From a virus (lineage: Duplodnaviria; Caudoviricetes), in IMG/VR virus record IMGVR_UViG_3300013382_000007, positions 32,001-96,000 of that record: DNA of 64,000 nt. The stretch is one strand, 5' to 3'. The first letter of the stretch is position 1. Each line of letters begins with the position of its first letter. Positions 1-10,229 of this stretch are shown one piece after another. Position numbers and translations under genes: made by a program. A model generated the notes under the pieces. It was not told where the DNA came from. It ran no database searches and was given only the letters and a program-made list of their open reading frames with translations.

Positions 1-102
1 GACGAGAAGGTTCCTTATGGAAACATAAGAATCAAAAAAATATTAGCATATCTATCCACTAGGCGTGGAATAAATACGATGCTTAAATATGTAGGGAGCT
101 AA
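1..102 (+). CDS. 3' end of an upstream gene (partial, hypothetical)
   Basis: Frame 1 is open from base 1 (DEKVPYGNIRIKK...) to TAA at 100-102; its end overlaps the GGGAG RBS of the next gene. Confidence 0.5.
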   Translation, partial: DEKVPYGNIRIKKILAYLSTRRGINTMLKYVGS

Positions 103-107
103 TAATT

Positions 108-476
108 ATGCTAGAAATTTTGGGATGGGTTATTTTAGGAGCACTTCTTGTCGGTGTTGTTGCTCACTATTGGGATAGTATCAGAACATGGCTGAATTCA
201 ACCGCATTAGATTTTGTTGAAAAACATCTTGGATATAATGCAAGGTTAACTATGGAAAAGGCTGTATCTAAATTAGTTAGAATCGGAGATATGGCTTTTA
301 ATACTACAATCATCAAATCCAAGAAAAATAAATTGGACAAGTATTATGACCAGACAACCATTGAATTCGAGGAAACAACTCAAGAATTGTCAAATGAGTA
401 TGGTAAGGAACTACTTGACGAGCTCGAAAAATCTAATCAGCGATTAACACAAGAATTTAAATACAATACTAATTGA
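108..476 (+). CDS. Small protein with N-terminal membrane anchor (hypothetical)
   Basis: GGGAG RBS upstream; hydrophobic N-terminus ILGWVILGALLVGVVA followed by a soluble region. Confidence 0.75.
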   Translation: MLEILGWVILGALLVGVVAHYWDSIRTWLNSTALDFVEKHLGYNARLTMEKAVSKLVRIGDMAFNTTIIKSKKNKLDKYYDQTTIEFEETTQELSNEYGKELLDELEKSNQRLTQEFKYNTN

Positions 477-500
477 CATTGTATTTTATTGGAGAAAGTC

Positions 501-1601
501 ATGCCACCTAAAAATATAAAGATTACAACTGAAAAAGTATTGGATCCTGTTATAGCTGAGCGAGAGCGCCAGGAGGCTGAAAGAGAACGCCGCGAAAAAC
601 AGTCTAAAGAGCAAGTTATATCGTGCTATAATAAAGCAATTGACTATATGCTTCAGAATAACTATGTCCAGGCACTTACCTGGTTTCGTGGAGCGCAATC
701 TCATCTTCTAGGAGATAAAGGAGAATATACCTTTCTCATCAATGCTAAGATCAAAGAATGCACAGCTGCCATAAAAGACATCCAATATAACGATGCAGTA
801 AGCAAGTTTTCAGAAATATATCCATCATCCTATAGACTCTATATAGAAAAGTATGATGAATTAGCGAGGGTTTTTGACTCGTTTGACAATTATAAAGATT
901 CTGCATCATATCAGACTAAGTGTCTTTGTATTCGAACAACAATCGTTTTAAGTGATAAAGATGAAGCAGAATTAAAAGATGCTGTTAGTATAATTGATTC
1001 GCAACCTAAAAATATCCGTAATCGTAGTGAATTAGTATCGTTACGCTCAAAATGCCAAGTAGAACTAAAGCGATTTGAATTTATTCACAACTATGATAAA
1101 TTAGTTTCCATGTTAAATAATGCAGAGCATCTTTATAATGCAACTATCGAAAACAACGATCAGTTCATGGTGTCGTATATCATATCTGCGTTAGATTTGT
1201 TGTTTAAACTACAAACATCTGCTGACTATCCTGTAAATACTGTACAAGAGTATACCTCAAATTTACAGAATATAGAAAAGCAGTTGAATAATATCTTAGA
1301 CCAAATTAGGGCAAGACATTTACGTACGATACTTATACCACAATTTATTTTGGGCTTATTTATCATTTGCTACAATGTTTTCAGCTCGAATTCTTTTTTA
1401 AATAAGCATTTAGAAACCTATTGTGGCGTTACGTTCATATTTGTCATATTAACGTCTATCTTTGTTTGTTTATGTATGTATGATTATTATAATATTGATG
1501 CTACGTATTTTCAAACAAACAAAATATTGTATTTTCATCTTGTGTTGCCGATAGTATCAATCGTTATGTGGCTGATAACACTTATTCCAAACCAAGCTTG
1601 A
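501..1601 (+). CDS. Alpha-helical (TPR-like) protein with three C-terminal TM helices
   Basis: ATG at 501 follows GGAG at 491-494, so it is preferred to TTG 489; coiled-coil/TPR-like N-terminal part (YNKAIDYM..NYVQALTWF; FDNYKDSA) and three hydrophobic segments at the C-terminus. Confidence 0.7.
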   Translation: MPPKNIKITTEKVLDPVIAERERQEAERERREKQSKEQVISCYNKAIDYMLQNNYVQALTWFRGAQSHLLGDKGEYTFLINAKIKECTAAIKDIQYNDAVSKFSEIYPSSYRLYIEKYDELARVFDSFDNYKDSASYQTKCLCIRTTIVLSDKDEAELKDAVSIIDSQPKNIRNRSELVSLRSKCQVELKRFEFIHNYDKLVSMLNNAEHLYNATIENNDQFMVSYIISALDLLFKLQTSADYPVNTVQEYTSNLQNIEKQLNNILDQIRARHLRTILIPQFILGLFIICYNVFSSNSFLNKHLETYCGVTFIFVILTSIFVCLCMYDYYNIDATYFQTNKILYFHLVLPIVSIVMWLITLIPNQA

Positions 1602-1627
1602 TTCATCAATAGAGGAGGTATATTTAT

Positions 1628-4600
1628 ATGTGTCAGTATTTAAATGATGGCGTTAATAATCAGATTCAACAATCTGAAGACATAAAGCAACAACTTTCTA
1701 TATGGCAAAAATATATTGACGTATTATGTAAAAAAGCAGAAGATACTGACTGCTTTTTTATTTCAAATAAGGCACGGATAAGAAATGATTTTGCTATATC
1801 TATAATTCCATCGCATTTAGATTGTAATATATCTCCCAATAAGCTCATCGGATCAGAAGTTACAATTATGTATAATAATTATGATATTACTAATTATTAT
1901 AATACAGCAGAAGATGGCGATGATTTAGATGAATATAATAAATATGAGTTTGATGCAAATAATGATTATGCAAACCATATTGATGAAGTAAAAAGTGGCG
2001 ACATTGAGTTTGACTATGTTGATAAAATAGGTTTTCTCGATGATTTGCGCAATAATAAGATTGTTGTAAAATTATATCCTCAATATGAAGCAAAAATCAG
2101 AAATGGACATTTTGTTTTACCGTCAAACTTTTGTGGAAAAATCAACAATATAGGAGACATTGTTCAATATAAAAGACTTAAGTTTGGTATTAAACAATTA
2201 ATAAATCAGCTTCAGAACTCTGATATATTTCGCGCTCTTTTGTTTTGTCATAACAATGATATTGTTGGTAATCTTAAACCAATAGATACGAGCTCGTTTG
2301 TTATTGATAAATATTTATCATCTGAACTGAATTTTAAGCAGAAGCAAGCTGTTCAGATGGCAATATCTACAGACAATAGTATATCTTTAATTCAGGGACC
2401 TCCTGGCACTGGAAAAACTACTGTTATTGCTGAAATCTGCTATCAGAATGCCATTCGTGGTAGAAGAACATTGATTGCTTCTCAGTCTAATCTTGCTATA
2501 GATAATGCTATGAGCAGACTTATCTATAGCAAAGAAATTCTGCCAATAAGAGAGGGCAATGTATCCAGAATTGACGAAATAGGGGAAAAATATATTCCCA
2601 GTAACATTGTGAAGACACTACTTGATGGTGCTGTTTTGTCATGCCATAAAAAAGCTGATAATATAAAAATTAATGAGTTAGATATATATAAGATCCAGTC
2701 AATAACAAATGAGATTATATCTCTTTATAATAATGCGTTCAATTATTGTAGTGCATTAATCGTGGACGCATATTACTATTCGATTAACTATCTTTATGAT
2801 GCATTGAATATACAAAGATTAATCGATCCAGATTTTTCTATATGTACACAAACCATTTCTATGGCTAATAGTGTTTTTGCAGATATAAACAAACAGTCAC
2901 GTCAACTGGAAAATACATACACCTTTGCAACCACGAAAATCGACTCACTAATAAATGAGTTGATACATTTTGCACCTGACCAGTGTTTAGATATCGAGTC
3001 ATTAGCAAACGATATAACTATTGAACAGAATAGTCTTATAAATACTATTAACAATTTGTCCTCAGAGTTTAAACAGTTATTTTTATCCAAGCCTTCATTT
3101 ATCCATTTTATAAAGAAGCGTAAATGGAAACAGCGTATTAGTATTTTCTATAATACGCTGAAAAAGGTTAAATCATTTTTAACTAATAATAGATACGACT
3201 TAGTTCAGATGGGCGATTGTGATTCAAAGCGCGATTATTGGAAAAAGAAATACTATGTGTCTAAGATGATATATGCAATTAATACTCTTATTCAAAAATC
3301 TGTATATATTAACCTTGAGGCAAATCTTGAATCCAAGAATCAATCTATTAATAGTATAAATAACATTGTTAATATATTAATCGGAAGAAAAGGCGAACAT
3401 ATATATCCTAATGCTTATTGCGCCATAAATTCGGTTAATGATCTTTTGGATGTAGCATATACAATCGGTCAGGCGCATAGAAAGTGTTCTGTAATCAAAA
3501 ATAGCTGCAACTTTTCTATTACTGCTGAAGGGCGTAGCGCATCAATATATGATTTATGCTCGATTATTTCTGCATTGAAAGATCGTGACATCTATGATCA
3601 AAATGCATTAGTACAACATGATGATTACTATAAATATAATCATGGAATCTATAAAAATTCATATAGCAATACGATCAAGAATGAAATTATATCAGCAAAT
3701 TCCATGTTAACTACCGCAATCAAATCGCAATATCAGTTAGACTCCATATCAGAATTTGAATGTTTAGCAAATATCAAAATCAAGGAGTTACAAGAATATA
3801 ATAATAAGCAAAACAAAATTAAGAGCTTATTAAACAAGTGGTGCGATAGTATCAAATCATTCAATAGTAAAATGGCTAGCGACTTGTTTGATATCATTAT
3901 GAAAAACGTAAATGTCGTATCAATTACATGTTTACAGTCCGCAAGCAAAACATTCAAAGAAAAATACAAAGATATAACTTTCGACACTGTGGTGATAGAT
4001 GAAGTAAGTAAATCTATACCACCAGAATTAATATTACCAAGCACACTTGGAAAATCGTTGGTGTTGATTGGAGATCATAAACAGTTGCCTCCCATGATCG
4101 ATAATCAATCGCTTGATGAAATAAATGAAGACTTTAAGGACTCCTTAAAAGAAAGCGTATTTAAGATATTATTTGAGAATATCGAATCAACTCATAAAAT
4201 TATGCTTAACGTCCAGTATAGAATGCACAGTCAAATTATGAACGTTATTAATTGTTTCTATGATAATGCATTGCTATGTGGATTAAGCAAGGATGAAGAA
4301 GAGACAAAAAAGAATCATTGCATTAATGGAACCTTTATTACAATGAATAATCATGTCATTTGGTTTGATATACCGAATAAGAATAGATATTTTGAAGGCA
4401 AGGACGGAACGAGTACATATAATATATCCGAGATCTCTGCGATTAAATCAATACTTGCAGAAATCAACGATAATCTGACAATTGATAAAACAAATGTCTC
4501 TATTATTTCATTCTATGGAGCGCAAATAAAACGAATTAAGGAATCTATTAATATAAAAGAGTTTCCAAAGCTCAATATCAAAATATCTACAGTTGATAGA

Positions 4601-4873
4601 TTTCAGGGTGCTGAAAGTGAGATAGTTATCGTCAGCACGGTAAGAAACAATTCATATGGAGATATAGGCTTTGCAAAATCATTCGAAAGAATTAATGTAG
4701 CATTTTCAAGGGCTCAGAAATTATTAATCATAGTTGGAAGCTCTGAAATGCTTACTACTTGCAAAAATTCTGCAAGTAACGCAGTATATCAGAAGATATA
4801 CAGCACAATTCAGTCGTATAATGGAATAGTTCCAGTAGAGGTATTGAAGACATACTATGAAGTACACAATTGA
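1628..4873 (+). CDS. Superfamily 1 helicase, Upf1/DNA2-NAM7-like (AAA_11/AAA_12 type)
   Basis: Motifs LNFKQKQAV, QGPPGTGKT, SQSNLAIDN, VVIDEVSK, IGDHKQLPP, QYRMH, STVDRFQGAESE, RINVAFSRAQ; GAGGAGG RBS; ~400-aa insert between motifs Ia and II. Confidence 0.93.
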   Translation: MCQYLNDGVNNQIQQSEDIKQQLSIWQKYIDVLCKKAEDTDCFFISNKARIRNDFAISIIPSHLDCNISPNKLIGSEVTIMYNNYDITNYYNTAEDGDDLDEYNKYEFDANNDYANHIDEVKSGDIEFDYVDKIGFLDDLRNNKIVVKLYPQYEAKIRNGHFVLPSNFCGKINNIGDIVQYKRLKFGIKQLINQLQNSDIFRALLFCHNNDIVGNLKPIDTSSFVIDKYLSSELNFKQKQAVQMAISTDNSISLIQGPPGTGKTTVIAEICYQNAIRGRRTLIASQSNLAIDNAMSRLIYSKEILPIREGNVSRIDEIGEKYIPSNIVKTLLDGAVLSCHKKADNIKINELDIYKIQSITNEIISLYNNAFNYCSALIVDAYYYSINYLYDALNIQRLIDPDFSICTQTISMANSVFADINKQSRQLENTYTFATTKIDSLINELIHFAPDQCLDIESLANDITIEQNSLINTINNLSSEFKQLFLSKPSFIHFIKKRKWKQRISIFYNTLKKVKSFLTNNRYDLVQMGDCDSKRDYWKKKYYVSKMIYAINTLIQKSVYINLEANLESKNQSINSINNIVNILIGRKGEHIYPNAYCAINSVNDLLDVAYTIGQAHRKCSVIKNSCNFSITAEGRSASIYDLCSIISALKDRDIYDQNALVQHDDYYKYNHGIYKNSYSNTIKNEIISANSMLTTAIKSQYQLDSISEFECLANIKIKELQEYNNKQNKIKSLLNKWCDSIKSFNSKMASDLFDIIMKNVNVVSITCLQSASKTFKEKYKDITFDTVVIDEVSKSIPPELILPSTLGKSLVLIGDHKQLPPMIDNQSLDEINEDFKDSLKESVFKILFENIESTHKIMLNVQYRMHSQIMNVINCFYDNALLCGLSKDEEETKKNHCINGTFITMNNHVIWFDIPNKNRYFEGKDGTSTYNISEISAIKSILAEINDNLTIDKTNVSIISFYGAQIKRIKESINIKEFPKLNIKISTVDRFQGAESEIVIVSTVRNNSYGDIGFAKSFERINVAFSRAQKLLIIVGSSEMLTTCKNSASNAVYQKIYSTIQSYNGIVPVEVLKTYYEVHN

Positions 4874-6764
4874 AAAATTAGCGAATGAACTATCAATACC
4901 TTCATCAGAACTTGCAAAATTCTGTAATGAATGTTCAATAACTGGAATCAAAAAAACTTCTGAAATTTCTCAAGAATTGTATGAGAAAATCAGAAGCTTA
5001 TATAGTAGTAAATCAATTAAGGCAAGAAGACCTTCCAAAAAAATATCCGAATTTCCATTTGGCGATGGGAAGATATTAACAAATATAAGCTATCCAACTG
5101 CCAACAATAATTATAGAGATCAGCTTCTTGGTGTGCTCAATCAATATTGCCAGTGTTATGGATATGAAATTATATGGTGCGACTTTGTATCATTAAATAT
5201 ACCGAAATATCAGATTTTAGGGCAAAAAGAAATCCTTGAGCCATTTAATATGGTAGAGAAAACGATATTCGATCTTATTGATGCAAGAGTTATCGATCCT
5301 GTTAATGTGGATTCAATATCTAATTTTTTAGAACTGAATAAACTTATAGTTAAATACTATGTCGATGGATTTTTAGCTAGTGGTATGCTCACTGATCTTT
5401 TATATACTGGCAGTTTAAGCTTTTCTCCTTCCGGGTTACGCGCATATAAAAATGGTTATAAGCTACATACGATCGATCCAATTAACATAAATATATATTG
5501 CTTCAACAATCATTATTATTTGTTAGATAGCAATATATATAATGCACCTACAGAGTTTAGATCCATTGACATAAGTGATACATCTTTACAGGATAACAGT
5601 ACAGACGATATTATAACTCTATTAAAGCAAGAAAAAATATTTGACCAATATAATTATAGTATTAATACAATTAAGGCAAATGGTACATTGTCAATGCCAT
5701 ATTGTATTATATATCTATATGACTTTTTATCTGATACTCCATCACAAATTGTCTATGATATTTATAATGGCACTTTAATTTCGGAAAAAGATTTTGCAGC
5801 AACTGCAATATCAAATGCGGCAGTTTTAAATGACCTTAAATATCTTAATAGAATAGAAAGTGTTAGGACTCTCATTCAAGCTGAAAAGCTTAAGCCGTCA
5901 TTAATAGACGCATACGAAATTATTAGAGAAAATAAAGATAATTCCACTAATATAGAGCGATATTACGACTCTGTTATTATACGCAAAAAGTTTTTGGATT
6001 GCTTTAAAAATGCAAGTCAATCAGTTATAATTCAATGCCCCTGGATAAAGGGTGGAGCAATTGATGAAAGATTTCTAGATGCAGTACAAGAAGCAGTTAA
6101 TCGGAAGGTCATCGTCTTTATTCAGTACGGAATTGATTCTAGTATTCAAAATGAAACATCAAGTGATTTTTCAATTGATATGCTAAAATCAATAACAGAT
6201 AAAGATGGAATACATCGAGTATTTGTGATATGGCTTGGTAATAATCACACTAAAGAAGTGATAGTTGATAAGAAAATAGACCTTTTTGGTTCTTTTAACT
6301 TTTTATCTTTCAATCCCAATATTGCGTATTATGGCAATAGTATAATACGTGAAGAGGGAATGGAAATTATCACTGATGCAAAAATAACCAACCAAGCATG
6401 GCAAAAATACACAGCAAATCTTGAAAACTATTTTTTGTCAAATCTCAGTAGTACTACTTTGTGTGATGCATGTGCCTTATATTCATTAACGCAAACTGCA
6501 AAATTGACTTCAGCGATTACAAATTTCGCTAAATTTTGTTCAATTGATGACTTTGAAAATTTAACAAGATACTGCGTTAAATATAACCTAAATAACCAAG
6601 GATTATTTACTGCTATACTTAACAGAATTGATTCTGACAAATATGATATTTCGATCTTATGTGCAGATTTTATTCTTAAGTGCTCAGAATTCAGCATATA
6701 TAAGCCAATTATCATCAAATCAAAAAGATTGAAAGATATCGTAGCGAGAAAAAAGAATTCGTAA
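4857..6764 (+). CDS. PLD-family (single HKD) nuclease-like protein with an IF2-N-like N-terminal helical domain
   Basis: NHTKEVIVD...GSFNFLS is HxKxxxxD...GSxN, preceded by NASQSVIIQCPWI; the N-terminus MKYTIEKLANELSIPSSELAKFC..GIKKTSEIS resembles the IF2 N-terminal repeat; overlaps the helicase stop. Confidence 0.8.
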   Translation: MKYTIEKLANELSIPSSELAKFCNECSITGIKKTSEISQELYEKIRSLYSSKSIKARRPSKKISEFPFGDGKILTNISYPTANNNYRDQLLGVLNQYCQCYGYEIIWCDFVSLNIPKYQILGQKEILEPFNMVEKTIFDLIDARVIDPVNVDSISNFLELNKLIVKYYVDGFLASGMLTDLLYTGSLSFSPSGLRAYKNGYKLHTIDPININIYCFNNHYYLLDSNIYNAPTEFRSIDISDTSLQDNSTDDIITLLKQEKIFDQYNYSINTIKANGTLSMPYCIIYLYDFLSDTPSQIVYDIYNGTLISEKDFAATAISNAAVLNDLKYLNRIESVRTLIQAEKLKPSLIDAYEIIRENKDNSTNIERYYDSVIIRKKFLDCFKNASQSVIIQCPWIKGGAIDERFLDAVQEAVNRKVIVFIQYGIDSSIQNETSSDFSIDMLKSITDKDGIHRVFVIWLGNNHTKEVIVDKKIDLFGSFNFLSFNPNIAYYGNSIIREEGMEIITDAKITNQAWQKYTANLENYFLSNLSSTTLCDACALYSLTQTAKLTSAITNFAKFCSIDDFENLTRYCVKYNLNNQGLFTAILNRIDSDKYDISILCADFILKCSEFSIYKPIIIKSKRLKDIVARKKNS

Positions 6765-6789
6765 GCAAGAACATATTAAATACGTAATA

Positions 6790-6835
6790 ATATAGGTGAC
6801 GAATCTATTATATAGGTTTGTCACCTATATTTTTT
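6790..6835 (+). terminator. Intrinsic terminator/hairpin ending the helicase operon
   Basis: ATATAGGTGACGAATCTA...TAGGTTTGTCACCTATAT stem followed by a T-run. Confidence 0.75.
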
Positions 6836-6876
6836 ATTATCACAATTTAATTATTTTAGAGAGGAAAATAAATTAA

Positions 6877-7245
6877 ATGGCTACTTTAAAAATCAATAAT
6901 TTAATCGAAATTAAGGGCAAGGTATCTTTTTCACATTCAATAAGTCCAAGTGAAACAGATGATAAACAATGGATAGATGATGGTATTATTGGGACACTTG
7001 TAACGCATCAGTATATTGATGATATCAATTCCATAGAATCAGACAGGTATCTATTAACTGATTGCACTGTATATAAAGAATCATTTGGCAGCGATGACTT
7101 TGATATTGTATATAATTTTATAGCTGAGTCATGTACTGTTAAGGATGATCCTGTAGATCAAGATAAGGTAAAAGAGATAGAAAATAAGAAGTACGAATAT
7201 GAGGCTTCTGACATATATCTCTATGGGTTATCTAATTCAAACTAA
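6877..7245 (+). CDS. Hypothetical acidic protein
   Basis: GAGAGGA RBS; 122-aa ORF at the start of the morphogenesis region. Confidence 0.7.
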   Translation: MATLKINNLIEIKGKVSFSHSISPSETDDKQWIDDGIIGTLVTHQYIDDINSIESDRYLLTDCTVYKESFGSDDFDIVYNFIAESCTVKDDPVDQDKVKEIENKKYEYEASDIYLYGLSNSN

Positions 7246-7254
7246 GGCTGAAAC

Positions 7255-8097
7255 ATGACAAAGAATAAAATAAATACTGATGCATCAGATACGCCATATA
7301 TTAATAATGACAATCCTGATTTATTAATGGATATGATTGCGCCAGATACTCTTGAGGATTCTGAAGAAGCCGACAAGAAACAAAGAGCTATTGCACGCAG
7401 AGAAAAACTTGAAACTGCTATCAATACTCAAAAGAATATCTGGGGATATAGCAGTCTTGGTATAGAAGCCAATAAGGCCGCCATGACAATGCTTAGTACT
7501 AAAACTGGTATGTATAGCCGGATACCATTAGTATGTAAAGGTCAGCATTGTCCATATATAGATACATGTAAATTGAATCAATATGACTTACTGCCTATCG
7601 GAGAATATTGTCCATTAGAAACTGCTCAAATCGAAATCAGCATGAATAAATATGTTACTGAATTCGATATATCTGAAGATGATTTCACTGATCAGAATAT
7701 TCTGAAGGAGATTGTAAATCTTGAGATTATGATGGAACGATGTAAATCTCTTATGTCCAAAGAGCAGAATCCTGTTATAGACGTTATTACGAATATTACA
7801 GAAACAGGTGATGAGTTTTATCATCCAGAAGTAAGTAAGGCATTTGAAGTATATGAGCGCTGTCAAAAGCAACACTCTTCCCTTCTTAGTCTTATGAATG
7901 CTACTCGCAAGGATAAAGCCGCTTCATCTGCTGTCGGTTCTGGTAGCTCGATTTCTGACATTATGGATGTAATTAAAAACATAGACAGTAATGGCGGGTT
8001 TGTTGATCCAATGAAAGATCATAAAAATAATACTACATATGTTTATTGTGATAAGACAGATGAGGATTTCAAAGAGCCATCAAATCAAGAAAAATAA
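7255..8097 (+). CDS. Probable terminase small subunit (Cys-containing)
   Basis: KTGMYS resembles the KHGxY[AS] motif of small terminases; CxxxxC/C cluster; helical C-terminus ending LNATRKDK-like; lies upstream of terL. Function inferred. Confidence 0.5.
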   Translation: MTKNKINTDASDTPYINNDNPDLLMDMIAPDTLEDSEEADKKQRAIARREKLETAINTQKNIWGYSSLGIEANKAAMTMLSTKTGMYSRIPLVCKGQHCPYIDTCKLNQYDLLPIGEYCPLETAQIEISMNKYVTEFDISEDDFTDQNILKEIVNLEIMMERCKSLMSKEQNPVIDVITNITETGDEFYHPEVSKAFEVYERCQKQHSSLLSLMNATRKDKAASSAVGSGSSISDIMDVIKNIDSNGGFVDPMKDHKNNTTYVYCDKTDEDFKEPSNQEK

Positions 8098-8130
8098 ATA
8101 AGTCTTATATAAATGAGGTGTTATATATAA

Positions 8131-8442
8131 ATGAAAGGCGCTACAGAAGCACTTGGTCATTTACTCAGTAATGAGGCTATAAATAAAATAAATAAATTTG
8201 AGCCAACAAAGGGTATTATAGATATCTTCGACAATATTGCTTCAAAAGCAGATGGAGAAGGTGTTGTTGATGCAATCCTTCGTGCCCAACATAAAGGCAA
8301 CTCTAAAGATAACCCATTAAGTGTTGGACGTATAGCTGGTTCTGTTATAGGAGCATCAGCAGCATTCAGAGTTGCTTCAGGTGGAGGTGTCTATAAAGAT
8401 AAGAATGGAAATACTAATGTTATAGGCATTCCATTCGTTTAA
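8131..8442 (+). CDS. Small Gly/Ala-rich putative virion protein
   Basis: GAGGTG RBS; hydrophobic segment IAGSVIGASAAF. Confidence 0.65.
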   Translation: MKGATEALGHLLSNEAINKINKFEPTKGIIDIFDNIASKADGEGVVDAILRAQHKGNSKDNPLSVGRIAGSVIGASAAFRVASGGGVYKDKNGNTNVIGIPFV

Positions 8443-8460
8443 TATCTTTATAATGTTATT

Positions 8461-8847
8461 ATGAAACCATTATTTCCTAAACAAAACAAGAAAAAGAAAC
8501 GTGAGACTGTTAAACAGGCTCGTAAAAAAGAAATTAAGTTTCTTGATGTCATGATAATCTGTATTCTAATATTTTTGCTTATATTTATTGCTGTGACTAC
8601 ATATATGTCTTATAAGACTATGTATGAGCCTACAACACTTATAGCATCTGTATTTGCCTTTTGTGGTCTTGAATATGGTTTAATGTCAAGTATCACAAAA
8701 CGTAAGATGGTGTTAAAAGACAGAGATTATGGCATTAAAAAGAATGAAAATAATAATACTCCAATAGAGATTCCTCCTACCATTGATGAAAGCTTATTGA
8801 ATCAATCTATAGTTGATGACAATAATAATAGCAATGAGGTTCAATAA
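8461..8847 (+). CDS. Two-TM membrane protein, holin-like
   Basis: Basic N-terminus, two TM helices (FLDVMIICILIFLLIFIAV; LIASVFAFCGLEYGLM) and a charged C-terminus. Confidence 0.55.
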   Translation: MKPLFPKQNKKKKRETVKQARKKEIKFLDVMIICILIFLLIFIAVTTYMSYKTMYEPTTLIASVFAFCGLEYGLMSSITKRKMVLKDRDYGIKKNENNNTPIEIPPTIDESLLNQSIVDDNNNSNEVQ

Positions 8848-9776
8848 TGGCAGATGAGAAAAAGGTTAATGGCGGTATAAACAATCCATTTGCTGGCAAT
8901 AGAATGCCAGTTATCTCATCCATAACAGATTTTGCTGGTAACTTAAAGCCAGGATTCATGGCTGGATTTACTGGATCCAGTATGTATACAGATAAAAATG
9001 GTATTGAAAGATCTCGTTTTTCAAGATCATATGGCGGACTAAGAGGTACTGTATTTAATGCCAGTATTGATAAAGAAACTGGTTCTACTAAATGGAGTCC
9101 TCAATTTTCTGTTGGTGGTACATTATCTGCTGGATATGGCGCAGTTGGTGGAGCAATAAGCGGCGCAGCAATTGGAGCAATTTCAAGTAACTTTCTTGAA
9201 GGTGGTAATATGATTCAAAATGCTGCTGCCGGAGCTGCTATAGGTGGCGCTGCTATAGCTGCTGCGCCATTTGCTCTTGGTATGACTGCTAAAGCCGCTG
9301 TTAAAACATTGCAAAACTCTGATAAAATATTTGCTGGCATAGGAACTGGCGCTGCTAAAGTTGCTGGTACAATAGGAATGACAGTAAAAGGCGCAGTTTC
9401 CAATACAGCACGAGCTGCTATGATTGGAAATCTTGAAGGTAAGGTAGCTGGCAATATAGCGAAAGACGTTTTGAATCCACTAGATAGACATGGCAAAGCA
9501 CTATTAAATGTAGCTGGTAAAATGATTAAAAAGAATCCTGGTAATAATGCCGATGGTATTATATCTGATTACAGTCTGTCTGGATTTGGCAAAGCTATGG
9601 TTATTGGTGGATCTCTTGTAAAAGGTGCCAAAGATGCATTCAATACTTATATGAATAGTAAAGTCGGTCAAAGAGATGGTTATATAAGTTCTATGACTCC
9701 ACAGATCAGGCTTGCAGATAACGCTGGTGCAACTGGAGATCTTGTTTTTGCACTTAATAATAATAGGAGAGGATGA
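8847..9776 (+). CDS. Glycine-zipper Gly/Ala-rich protein (putative virion/ejection protein)
   Basis: GAVGGAISGAAIGA and AAAGAAIGGAAIAA glycine-zipper segments; coupled to the previous gene by TAATG. Confidence 0.7.
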   Translation: MADEKKVNGGINNPFAGNRMPVISSITDFAGNLKPGFMAGFTGSSMYTDKNGIERSRFSRSYGGLRGTVFNASIDKETGSTKWSPQFSVGGTLSAGYGAVGGAISGAAIGAISSNFLEGGNMIQNAAAGAAIGGAAIAAAPFALGMTAKAAVKTLQNSDKIFAGIGTGAAKVAGTIGMTVKGAVSNTARAAMIGNLEGKVAGNIAKDVLNPLDRHGKALLNVAGKMIKKNPGNNADGIISDYSLSGFGKAMVIGGSLVKGAKDAFNTYMNSKVGQRDGYISSMTPQIRLADNAGATGDLVFALNNNRRG

Positions 9777-9785
9777 TAATACAAT

Positions 9786-10223
9786 TTGTCTGTAATTGGT
9801 AAGATAATTAAAAATGAAAAATTAAATATCGGAGACTTAGCTGGTATCGGTCTTAATATTGGATTTGGTATAGCAGATTATAAAGAAAATCGTCAGCAAG
9901 GCAAGAGTAAGGGAATGGCTGTTGCCGGAGCAGTCGGAGAATTTGCTATCGGTGAAATGCTTGGTGGCGGAGCTATGTTTGCTATCAACGCATTACAAAC
10001 TGTTCCCACACTTGCTGTATCAGCTGCTACTGGATTAAGTCAAATGAGTAGACAACAGGCAAGAAATAGATATGGATCAAGTATGCCATTTTATAATGCT
10101 ACTTTTAGCGATACACAGCAAGCATATACAATGAGACAGGCTGGAATGCAATTAGCTGAAAGATCTAAATATAATTTACAGCAGTCTTTAATGGGGAATG
10201 AAGCAGCAATGCTTCATATGTGA
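9786..10223 (+). CDS. Gly/Ala-rich putative virion protein
   Basis: TTG start after AGGAGAGG; hydrophobic Gly-rich helices. Confidence 0.7.
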   Translation: MSVIGKIIKNEKLNIGDLAGIGLNIGFGIADYKENRQQGKSKGMAVAGAVGEFAIGEMLGGGAMFAINALQTVPTLAVSAATGLSQMSRQQARNRYGSSMPFYNATFSDTQQAYTMRQAGMQLAERSKYNLQQSLMGNEAAMLHM

Positions 10224-10229
10224 TTAATA

